A DNA stretch of 34,696 nt from a virus: UHGV virus genome UHGV-0412376; one strand, 5' to 3'. A program made the position numbers and the translations under genes. Under the pieces are notes generated by a model, which was not told where the DNA came from, did not search any database, and saw nothing but the letters and a program-made list of their open reading frames with translations. Of this stretch, positions 7,998 to 15,640 are shown piece after piece (the first letter of the stretch is position 1; each line of letters opens with the position of its first letter).

Positions 7998-8358
7998 ATG
8001 CCCTATTTGCGGCACACCTTTGAAAGCCATACGAGGATATGATGTCCAGGGGATAACAACCGATTGGGTTGCTGGTTGCTACAACTGCTTCTTCCAGAGT
8101 TCCCATTTTTGGAAAACCAAGAAGGCATGTATTGAAGATATGGATAGGCTTGTTTCTTTGTTTCCGCCCATCATGAGGTGTTGGCCGGGGGACAAGCTCG
8201 TATATAGTGGCAGTATTTATCCCGTTACGATTGTCTCTAAAGACCTTGATTTATGCAAAATAGCCGTTCGCGACTACGCAGGAGACTCTTTCATCATTTA
8301 CTGTGATGAGGTGGATCAATGGCCCTGGGAGCTTGAGCAGAAAGGAGTCCAGCCATGA
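7978..8358 (+). CDS. Hypothetical zinc-ribbon protein with CPICG...CYNC motifs.
   Basis: ORF on the track, with a Cys4 pattern at the N-terminus. Confidence 0.45.
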   Translation: MKKKTPKCPICGTPLKAIRGYDVQGITTDWVAGCYNCFFQSSHFWKTKKACIEDMDRLVSLFPPIMRCWPGDKLVYSGSIYPVTIVSKDLDLCKIAVRDYAGDSFIIYCDEVDQWPWELEQKGVQP

Positions 8359-8459
8359 TAATTATTGATTTATTCGATATTTTAACATTTTCAGTTTTAA
8401 TCATATTGTTAGTTATTCTTATCATTCAATATATTATATTCAAAATAAAAGGAAAATGA
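8355..8459 (+). CDS. Single-TM mini-protein of 34 aa.
   Basis: Strong RBS AAAGGAG 7 nt upstream, with ATGA overlap to the previous stop. The translation is MIIIDLFDILTFSVLIILLVILIIQYIIFKIKGK. It lies in an AT-rich island. Confidence 0.4.
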   Translation: MIIIDLFDILTFSVLIILLVILIIQYIIFKIKGK

Positions 8460-8608
8460 TTTTTGAACTCGCAGAACTTATAGTTGTTTTAAGCTCCATT
8501 TTTTCATTTGGGTATTACCTCCATTTAGCGGGCCAATACAAAGGGTTTCTTAAAGCGATTGAAGTCTACTTAAAATATGAGGAAAAAGAAAATGAAGATA
8601 ACGCCTGA
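8456..8608 (+). CDS. Small hydrophobic/amphipathic protein of 50 aa.
   Basis: ATGA overlap with the preceding mini-ORF. The translation is MIFELAELIVVLSSIFSFGYYLHLAGQYKGFLKAIEVYLKYEEKENEDNA. Confidence 0.3.
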   Translation: MIFELAELIVVLSSIFSFGYYLHLAGQYKGFLKAIEVYLKYEEKENEDNA

Positions 8609-8933
8609 ACAATCAGCTTTTTACGAATATGGATGCGCAAAAATGGCACTCCAAATTAGAATAGGCAATATTCGGGATTTTGCACTAATTGCTTGCCGTA
8701 GATATTATAAGGATATGCTCAAGTCCGAAAGAAAACTTATATGTAATCAACATGCCCTTGGCTTCTTAGTTAAACATCTTCGAGAAAAGCGGGCTGCGTG
8801 CAGGGCGTGGGTGCATCCTATGCGAAGGAGATGCTCGAACTGTAAACATGAGCTAACGCAGTACAAGTTCTGCGCAGCCTGCGTCCATGAAGGATGGCCT
8901 GTTTACTGGGAACCGAGAAAGGAGGGGGAATGA
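8592..8933 (+). CDS. Hypothetical Cys-rich protein.
   Basis: ATG at 8592 with GAGG upstream. The C-terminal region CSNCKHELTQYKFCAACVHEGWP looks like a zinc-binding cluster. Confidence 0.45.
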   Translation: MKITPEQSAFYEYGCAKMALQIRIGNIRDFALIACRRYYKDMLKSERKLICNQHALGFLVKHLREKRAACRAWVHPMRRRCSNCKHELTQYKFCAACVHEGWPVYWEPRKEGE

Positions 8934-9400
8934 AAGCCATTCTTGACGCCTGTTGCGGCTCCCGCATGTTCTGGTTTGACCGCCACCACCCTGACGTGGT
9001 GTTCATGGACCGCCGGGAGGAAACGCACACGCTTTGTGACGGGCGAACCCTGGAAATCAAGCCGGACGTCGTCGGGGACTTCCGGGAGATGCCTTTCAGC
9101 GACGGGGCGTTTCGCCTTGTCGTGTTCGACCCTCCGCACCTGATTCACGCCGGGGAATCGTCCTGGCTGTCCAAGAAGTACGGAAAGCTGGACCGGAAGA
9201 CATGGAGGGATGATTTGAAGGCCGGCTTCCGGGAGTGTTTCCGGGTTTTGGAACCGGGCGGCGTTCTGGTGTTCAAATGGTGCGAGGATCAGGTTTCAAC
9301 CGCAGAAGTGCTGAAACTGGCCAGCCATGAACCTTTGTTCGGACACCGCCGCGGGAAGACCGTCTTCCTGGTATTTATGAAATCTACAACCCCCAACTGA
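8930..9400 (+). CDS. Small phage DNA methyltransferase carrying a DPPH variant of the catalytic motif.
   Basis: LDACCGSRMFWF resembles the SAM-binding motif I. VVFDPPH resembles motif IV (DPPY-like). RBS GAGGGGG precedes the ATG at 8930. Confidence 0.6.
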   Translation: MKAILDACCGSRMFWFDRHHPDVVFMDRREETHTLCDGRTLEIKPDVVGDFREMPFSDGAFRLVVFDPPHLIHAGESSWLSKKYGKLDRKTWRDDLKAGFRECFRVLEPGGVLVFKWCEDQVSTAEVLKLASHEPLFGHRRGKTVFLVFMKSTTPN

Positions 9401-9407
9401 CGCTTTT

Positions 9408-10409
9408 TTGATTATGGCCGGAGACTGGATCAAGGTTGAACACACGACGCCCGACAAACCGGAAGTGGTGAAGCTGGCAGGCATCCTTGGCATTGATCAG
9501 GATGCCGTGGTTGGCAAGCTTCTTCGCCTTTGGATTTGGGCCGATCAGCAATCCGTCTCTGGTAACGCCATCACCGTTACAAATTCGTTTCTCGACCGTC
9601 TCGTATTCTGCCCCGGTTTCGCCGCCGGGCTTGTCAAAGTCGGCTGGTTGAATGGACGCGAGGGCCTCCTTTCAATCCCCAATTTTGACCGCCACAACGG
9701 CCAAACCGCCAAAAATAGGGCCAATACGAACCGCCGTGTTGCGAATAGTAGAAAAGCTCATAATGAGCGAGTTACAAAAACATGTAACGAAAATGTAACG
9801 CTTGGAGCGTTACAAAAACCGTTACCAGAGAAGAGAAGAGAAGAGAATAAACAAGAAAATAATGCAGGGGGATATAACACGGTGGTTTGTAGCGAGCCGC
9901 CAACTGATCCTGCCTCCCCTATCCCGAACCGGGAACGCTTGAACGATGTCCGGGGGATTCGCTGCGCCGACAACCATGCGGACCTGGGATCTTCTCCCGG
10001 CGCTGCCCGGTTCGTGGCAGCGTGCCTGGACATCAATCCGTCCTGGGTCCGGACGATACCAACCGCCATTGAGACGGCGGCCGCGCTTGAGGCGTACCGG
10101 TCCGCGCAGGGGCGGGTGACGCCGCGGGATATGGAGATGCTCAAGGATTACTACGCCAGCGGCTTGACTCATGACCGGAGCAATAAGGCTTTTTGGAGGC
10201 CAGACAGCAGGCGCAAGTTCTGGGAGTGCTTCGGCGACGTTTTGACGCATGCCGACAGGTGGGCTAAGGAGACGCGTTGGAAGCCGGCAGCATCCCGCAA
10301 GAAACCGAAACCCGAAGAACCACGGCAGCCGGAAGGGCCCGTTGTGGATGTCGCGGACGCTGCGGCGGAGATCGCATCTCTTCGGGAGGAAATGGGACTG
10401 GGAGGATGA
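9408..10409 (+). CDS. Replication initiator / replisome-organizer-like protein with iterons embedded in its gene.
   Basis: N-terminus GDWIKVEHTTPDKPEVVKLAGILGIDQDAVVGKLLRLWIWADQQ...GLLSIPNFDRHNG resembles phage replisome-organizer N-terminal domains. An AT-rich iteron block lies at 9768-9864. Confidence 0.45.
   Translation: MIMAGDWIKVEHTTPDKPEVVKLAGILGIDQDAVVGKLLRLWIWADQQSVSGNAITVTNSFLDRLVFCPGFAAGLVKVGWLNGREGLLSIPNFDRHNGQTAKNRANTNRRVANSRKAHNERVTKTCNENVTLGALQKPLPEKRREENKQENNAGGYNTVVCSEPPTDPASPIPNRERLNDVRGIRCADNHADLGSSPGAARFVAACLDINPSWVRTIPTAIETAAALEAYRSAQGRVTPRDMEMLKDYYASGLTHDRSNKAFWRPDSRRKFWECFGDVLTHADRWAKETRWKPAASRKKPKPEEPRQPEGPVVDVADAAAEIASLREEMGLGG
9768..9864. promoter_or_regulatory. Putative phage origin of replication: iteron-like GTAACG/CGTTAC repeats plus an A-rich tract, inside the replication gene.
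   Basis: GTTACAAAAAC occurs twice, TGTAACG occurs twice, and there is a perfect palindrome GTAACGC-ttgga-GCGTTAC. (AAGAG)x3 follows, then an A-rich run. This low-GC patch sits inside a roughly 60% GC gene. Confidence 0.4.
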
Positions 10410-10559
10410 AGGATAAGCGACTGTATCCACCTTGAATCTTGATTCCGTTTCCTTGAACCAGTAAACTTCAACCGCAGGAAAAAGAAAGCATCACCCACAA
10501 CCAAAAGAAAGCCGGGGAGGCCGAGCCTCTACACCGAGGATTTAGCCCAGGAGATAGCC

Positions 10560-10991
10560 GTGCGGCTAGCCAATGGCGAAACCATGAAAGCCATCTGCGC
10601 CGACAACCACATGCCGGACGTCTGGACAGTCTGGAACTGGCGGCAAACCAGGCCGGAGTTTTCCCAGCTCATTCAACGCGCGCGGGAAGCGCAATCGGAA
10701 GCCATGCTTGACGCCTGCCAGGAGCTGGCCGACGAGGCCGCGAAAGTCGCCCTCGACCCGGAATGCGGCTCCGCTGCTGTCGCCGCCAAAAAGCTGGCCA
10801 TCGAAACGCGGTTGAAAGTCGCCGCCCGATTCGCGCCGGAAAAATTCGGCGACCGGGTCCGTCAGGATGTCGCCGGCGTTCCCGGCGCGCCGCTGGAACG
10901 GAAAATCACCCTGGACCCCGAGCAGCTGGCCCAGCTGCAGGAAGACGAGAAAACCGCGCTGGAAACCATCGCCGGCAAACTCCACGCTTAA
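10560..10991 (+). CDS. terS: Terminase small subunit. The true N-terminus probably extends upstream to about 10443.
   Basis: The in-frame upstream sequence KRKPGRPSLYTEDLAQEIAVRLANGETMKAIC is the canonical HTH N-terminus of this terminase small-subunit family. The GTG at 10560 is the first canonical start. Confidence 0.65.
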   Translation: MRLANGETMKAICADNHMPDVWTVWNWRQTRPEFSQLIQRAREAQSEAMLDACQELADEAAKVALDPECGSAAVAAKKLAIETRLKVAARFAPEKFGDRVRQDVAGVPGAPLERKITLDPEQLAQLQEDEKTALETIAGKLHA

Positions 10992-11063
10992 CAGACCAGG
11001 ACACGCCTCCCCGTCAGCTTCTTCCTCCGCCATGTCCTCCGACTGGATCCCTATCCCTGGCAG

Positions 11064-12371
11064 GTGGAGGCCATCAAGGCGTTGTCCCTCGGCAAGCTGA
11101 CCCTGGGAGGGAAAAGCGTGGCTCTGGTCGCTCCCAACGGATCCGGCAAGACGAGCAACTGCATCGCTCCGGCCATCCTGTACTTCCTTACCTGCTTCCC
11201 GCGGGGTCAGGTGCCGGTCACGTCGTCGTCGTGGATGCAGGTGGAAAAGCAGCTCTTTCCCGCGCTCCGCCGCTACATGGACAATCCCTTCTTTGACGGC
11301 TGGACATTCAACAAAACCGAGATTCGCACGCCGGAGGGAGGATTTGCCGTGGGCTTCTCGACCGACAACGCCGGCCGCGCGGAAGGATGGCACCCGAAAA
11401 TCTCGCCCGACGTGGACCCCGTCTTTTACGTCCTCGACGAGGCCAAAACCATCCCGGACTCCATCTTCACCGCCGTTTCCCGCTGCACGCTCTTCCACGC
11501 GTTCATCACCTCGTCGCCGGGAGCCGATTCCGGCACCTTCTACGACTGCTTCCACAAAAATTCATCCCTCTACTACAAGATCCGCGTCAAATACGAGGAT
11601 TGCCCCCACATTGAGATCAATGACCCGGGCAAGGCCGAGCGCCTGAAAAAAGAATACGGCGAACAGTCCTCCTTCTACCGCTCCGCCATCCTCGGCGAAT
11701 TCACCGATCTCGACGGTCAGTCCGTCATTCCCCGGCGCGCCCTCATGGATCTGGTCAACAACCCGCCTCCCTTTCTGGACACCGGGGAGACCTGCGGCGG
11801 CTTCGACTTCGCGGCCGGGGGTGATGAAAACGTCTTTGCGGCCGGGCAGGGCAACCGATTCTTCATCGCCGACCACTGGTCGGACCCGGACACCGTAGGA
11901 GCGCGCGGACGGTTCCGCCGCAGGGCGTCCGAACTCGGCATCCCCGCCGACCGCATTTACGCGGACGGAGACGGCCTTGGACTCCCCATCATTGACGACT
12001 TCCGCGCCGAGGGCTTCCCGGTGCACTCCTACCGGGGCGGCTTCCCGGCTGACGATACTCAGGCCTTTGTCAACCTCCGCGCCCAGGCGTGGCGGGCCCT
12101 GGCACGCGCCATCGAAGAAAAAGAACTCATCCTCGAAATTGACGAGGATACGATTGAGCAACTGGTTGCTCCACGGCTTCAAACCGACGCAATAGGCCGC
12201 GTCCGCATCGAAAGCAAGGAAGATATGGCAAAGCGGGGCGTTCGTTCCCCAGACCGGGCTGACGCCCTCGTCATGGCCTGGCACGCGCGCCGGAACAGCG
12301 GACTGGCGCGGACGCTTGGAGCCTGGTACGCCCGGCCCGTGTCATCAAAACGCGCTTACGGAAGATATTAG
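11064..12371 (+). CDS. terL: Terminase large subunit (ATPase plus nuclease).
   Basis: Walker A motif VAPNGSGKTS and Walker B motif VLDEAK. The conserved DPYPWQ motif lies in frame upstream of the called GTG. Confidence 0.85.
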   Translation: MEAIKALSLGKLTLGGKSVALVAPNGSGKTSNCIAPAILYFLTCFPRGQVPVTSSSWMQVEKQLFPALRRYMDNPFFDGWTFNKTEIRTPEGGFAVGFSTDNAGRAEGWHPKISPDVDPVFYVLDEAKTIPDSIFTAVSRCTLFHAFITSSPGADSGTFYDCFHKNSSLYYKIRVKYEDCPHIEINDPGKAERLKKEYGEQSSFYRSAILGEFTDLDGQSVIPRRALMDLVNNPPPFLDTGETCGGFDFAAGGDENVFAAGQGNRFFIADHWSDPDTVGARGRFRRRASELGIPADRIYADGDGLGLPIIDDFRAEGFPVHSYRGGFPADDTQAFVNLRAQAWRALARAIEEKELILEIDEDTIEQLVAPRLQTDAIGRVRIESKEDMAKRGVRSPDRADALVMAWHARRNSGLARTLGAWYARPVSSKRAYGRY

Positions 12372-12373
12372 GG

Positions 12374-12402
12374 TTGACAATATATCAACGTATCAATATA
12401 TG
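12374..12402 (+). promoter_or_regulatory. Sigma70-like promoter candidate for the tRNA (TTGACA, 17-nt spacer, TATATG).
   Basis: Read directly from the sequence; it ends about 15 nt upstream of the tRNA 5' end. Confidence 0.3.
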
Positions 12403-12418
12403 AAGATATGTAATTAAT

Positions 12419-12492
12419 CGCAGGGTGGTGAAACGGTATCACGCGGGGTTCCTGTCCCCGAATCGAAGGTCCAACTCCTTCCCCTGCAACCA
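12419..12492 (+). tRNA. tRNA-Arg (anticodon CCU)-like gene with an encoded CCA end and several non-canonical positions.
   Basis: Hand-folded cloverleaf: acceptor pairs 2-7 with 66-71, U8, and D-stem GTGA/TCAC with loop AACGGTA (A14, G18, G19, A21). The anticodon stem CGGGG/CCCCG carries loop TTCCTGT (U33, anticodon CCT). The T-stem is GAAGG/CCTTC with loop TCCAACT (G53:C61, C56, A58), followed by discriminator A and CCA. The oddities are a C1-A72 mismatch, C55 and G37. Confidence 0.5.
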
Positions 12493-12614
12493 AACTTTTC
12501 CTTTCTTTTCGCCGCAGGTTTAACGCCGTCAAAAATATCCTCAACGCCCCGAAGCTGGTCGCCCAACAGGAGACCAGAATCAAGGATCTTGAAACGGAAC
12601 TCACCCGGCGAGCG

Positions 12615-13880
12615 TTGACGGAACAGAGCCGGAAGCCTAACCGGCCACAGTGGTACGAATACTGGGATCCGTTACAGGGAGCCGACCTGCAAACCCTGAT
12701 TGACGCCCGGAACGAAGCGCGGCGTGGAGCCTTTGCCCGCCAGATGCTCATCTGGGACGAGGTCATCTATTCGGACGGGCTGCTGGGCATGCTCTACTCC
12801 CGGCTCATTGAAAGCGTTTCCATGCAGGGATGGAAGATTGACGCCGCGGACGACAGCCCGGAAGCGCAGAGCCAGAAAAACGCGCTGGAAGAATTCTATC
12901 ACTCCGTCACCGGACTTCAACAGGCTTTCGGTCAGCTGGCTTCCGCCATGTTCTACGGTTACGCCCACCTCCAATACATTGAGGACGCCTGGGGCCGCCG
13001 CTTTGAATTCATCCCCCAACGCTATTGGGTCCGCCCCGGCGCGCTGAATGAATGGCAGTTCAACCCCCAGTGCTACATTGGGGTCGACACAGGGGAAAGC
13101 GTGGAAGAAGAAACGCTCGTGATCATGGAGCACCGGAACCCCATTCTTTTCCCGGCAACCCGCGCCTCTTTTGAGCGCAACCACGCCAAAGTGACGTGGG
13201 ACAACCACATGGACCGCTACGGAAGCGCCCCTGCCATCATCACGGCTCCCAAAGACGCGAGCCCCGCCATCATGGACGCGCTGGAACGGGCCTGTGAGCA
13301 GCTTAAATCCGGCGCATCCATCGTGCTGCCTCCAGTCTGCACCGCGGAACCGTTGAAAGCCTCCAACATCAACGAAAACTATTTCCTATCCCGCATCAAC
13401 ATGGCCGACAAGGACCAGGTGCGGTTTGTGATGGCCGGCACCCTGACCGTTCTGAATGAATCAGGATCCGGCACGCTGGCCGGGGGAGCGCACACGGATA
13501 GCTGGAATTCGGTCGTCTCCGCGGTCTGTTCCAAGGTCGCCGAAGCTTTTAACGCCGCCATCAGCCCGCTTGTTCTGGGAGACGGCGAACCGCTGGCCAG
13601 GCTCCACATCACCTTTGACACCGTCCAGACGCCGCTGCAGAAGGCCGAGGAAATTGCCGCCCTTTCCGACGGAGGCGTCCGCCCCGAGAAGACCGAAATC
13701 GAAGAAAAGATCGGCATGTCGATCGAGGACACGCGGGACCCCGTTCCGGTGACGGAGGCGGCCAACAGGGAGCCGGAAAAGGCCATCATTCCTCCCGATG
13801 CTTATGAACAGCTGCAGCAAATGATTTACGCCGGCCTCATGAAAGGATTTACCGATGATCAGTACGAAACAAATCAATGA
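12615..13880 (+). CDS. Portal protein, possibly Mu gp29/DUF935-like.
   Basis: 421-aa ORF immediately downstream of the terminase large subunit, followed by a protease/scaffold gene. The start is TTG at 12615; the upstream in-frame region is open but has no ATG. Confidence 0.65.
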   Translation: MTEQSRKPNRPQWYEYWDPLQGADLQTLIDARNEARRGAFARQMLIWDEVIYSDGLLGMLYSRLIESVSMQGWKIDAADDSPEAQSQKNALEEFYHSVTGLQQAFGQLASAMFYGYAHLQYIEDAWGRRFEFIPQRYWVRPGALNEWQFNPQCYIGVDTGESVEEETLVIMEHRNPILFPATRASFERNHAKVTWDNHMDRYGSAPAIITAPKDASPAIMDALERACEQLKSGASIVLPPVCTAEPLKASNINENYFLSRINMADKDQVRFVMAGTLTVLNESGSGTLAGGAHTDSWNSVVSAVCSKVAEAFNAAISPLVLGDGEPLARLHITFDTVQTPLQKAEEIAALSDGGVRPEKTEIEEKIGMSIEDTRDPVPVTEAANREPEKAIIPPDAYEQLQQMIYAGLMKGFTDDQYETNQ

Positions 13881-14970
13881 CCTGTCCCGACCTGCCAACG
13901 GCTGGTTCCACATTGAGAAGAGCGGAGACCATGACGTCGACTACGGCGAAGGACCCGCCGTGCTGCGCATCGACGAGCAGGCGATCCGGGACATGGTGGA
14001 CGACTTCAACGCCCGTACCTTTGACGGCCCGGGCATGCTCATCGACGGCGACCACCTGAGCCACGACCTTTCCCGCGATACGCGCGCGCTTGGATGGCTC
14101 AAGAGGCTGGACACCTACCGCGACCCTTCCGGCACGCTGGAACTCTACGGTTTCATCGAATGGACGCCGCGCGGCCTGAAGATGCTCGAGGACAAGGAAT
14201 ACACGCAGTCATCCACGGAATACGGCGAAGGGATGACCTTGACGGACGGCGTTTACCGACCGTCGCGCCTGACCGGCTTCGCCCTGACCAACCGGCCGCG
14301 CATCAAAGGAAAGCGGCCGCTGGTCAACAGACAGACTTCCCCCGCCTCCGACGAGGCCGGGGGCGACACCAAAAGCCCCACTGAAGAGGGGGAAACAAAC
14401 CAGAAAACTAATATGGACAACGACGATAGAGAATATCCGTCCAAGGAAATGGACAAGGCCCAGCGGGCCCTGTTCGATTCCCTGCTTGACAAGCTGGATG
14501 TCGAATTTGACGGCACCGACGATATGAGCAGGGCGATCCTCGGACGCCTTGACGAACTGCTCTCGCTGGAAAAGCGTGAGAAAGACCACGTGAACGCCGA
14601 AGTGGACGACGCCGTCAGCACGTACGAAAACGCGCTGGACGAAGAAGAACGCAAGGAATTCACGGAAGAACGCCGGGAAGAGCTGAAAAACTCTCTCCGG
14701 GAAAGCCCCGCCGCGCTGGACGCCTTTGTCAGGGCGCTCAACCGCCAGACTCAGCCCAAGAACAAAGAGGAGACGGAAAGGAAAGATCCGCCGAAAAGGC
14801 AGCCCCTGAACCGCCGCGCTACCCTGACGCCTCCCAACCCATTCCGCAAGAAGGAATCCATTGACGGATTCAACAACCGCGTGAACGAACTGATCAAGGA
14901 CGGCATGAAGCGCTATGACGCCTACCAGAAAGCGACCGAAGAAGGCTTCATTGTCTCCGCCAACCGATAA
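13855..14970 (+). CDS. Prohead protease/scaffold fusion, Mu gpI-like.
   Basis: N-terminus ANGWFHIEKSGDH...MLIDGDHLSHD resembles the Mu I protein N-terminal pattern. The C-terminal half is a highly charged coiled coil, as expected of a scaffold. Confidence 0.55.
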   Translation: MISTKQINDLSRPANGWFHIEKSGDHDVDYGEGPAVLRIDEQAIRDMVDDFNARTFDGPGMLIDGDHLSHDLSRDTRALGWLKRLDTYRDPSGTLELYGFIEWTPRGLKMLEDKEYTQSSTEYGEGMTLTDGVYRPSRLTGFALTNRPRIKGKRPLVNRQTSPASDEAGGDTKSPTEEGETNQKTNMDNDDREYPSKEMDKAQRALFDSLLDKLDVEFDGTDDMSRAILGRLDELLSLEKREKDHVNAEVDDAVSTYENALDEEERKEFTEERREELKNSLRESPAALDAFVRALNRQTQPKNKEETERKDPPKRQPLNRRATLTPPNPFRKKESIDGFNNRVNELIKDGMKRYDAYQKATEEGFIVSANR

Positions 14971-14988
14971 CTCAATCCATATCAACAA

Positions 14989-15420
14989 ATGCCATCACTC
15001 AACGTAACCCAGAAAAGCGCCATCGTCTATTTCAACGCCCCGGAAGGCGTTGACCTGTGCGGACAGGAAGGAACCGTCGTGGCGCTGACCGCCAATCCTG
15101 ACATCCCCGAATTTGTTGGGACTCCATTGTCCGCCATTCCTACGCAGACGCAGCTGCTAGGCGTCGTCCTGCAGGGACAGCCCAACAAGGGAACCTGCGT
15201 CGCCGCGCTCGTCGGCATGTATGCCGGCCTCATCAAGGCGGCTCTATCCGACACGCCCGGAACCATCAACGCCGGAACGCCCGTCACCATCACGGCCAAC
15301 GGGACATGGAAGGCCGCCGCCAGCGGCGACACCGTCTATGCCCGCGTTATTCATGCCCAGTGGGAACAGGGCCTTGTGGAAATCGGATTCGTCCCGTCCT
15401 ACCAGGTCGCCGCAGCCTAA
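14989..15420 (+). CDS. Small Gly/Ala/Thr-rich head protein, possibly a decoration protein (DUF2190-like).
   Basis: 143-aa beta-rich ORF lying between the protease/scaffold and the capsid gene. Confidence 0.4.
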   Translation: MPSLNVTQKSAIVYFNAPEGVDLCGQEGTVVALTANPDIPEFVGTPLSAIPTQTQLLGVVLQGQPNKGTCVAALVGMYAGLIKAALSDTPGTINAGTPVTITANGTWKAAASGDTVYARVIHAQWEQGLVEIGFVPSYQVAAA

Positions 15421-15640
15421 CTATTAACCCCAACCAACAGAAAGACCAAGAACAAGGGCTACTCCATTTTGCTCCGCCGTTCAGTTCACCGATATCCTGA
15501 CCTCCTATTCCGCGGGGTCCGGGAACACCGAAGAGAACTCCATCATCAGCCGCATCGCTCCGATCGTCCCGGTCTATGACCTGAATTTCCAGTACAAGGT
15601 CTGGGACACGGAAGCGGCCTTCACCGTCCAGCCCATCCAG

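Noticed and set aside
9768-9864. CRISPR-like short repeat array.
   Set aside because: The repeats are 6-11 bp, irregularly spaced and mixed in orientation, which fits iterons rather than a CRISPR array. No cas genes are present.
10566-11555. 329-aa - strand ORF overlapping the terminase small and large subunit genes.
   Set aside because: It is Arg/Gly/Pro-rich and antisense to two well-supported terminase genes, so it is a high-GC shadow ORF.
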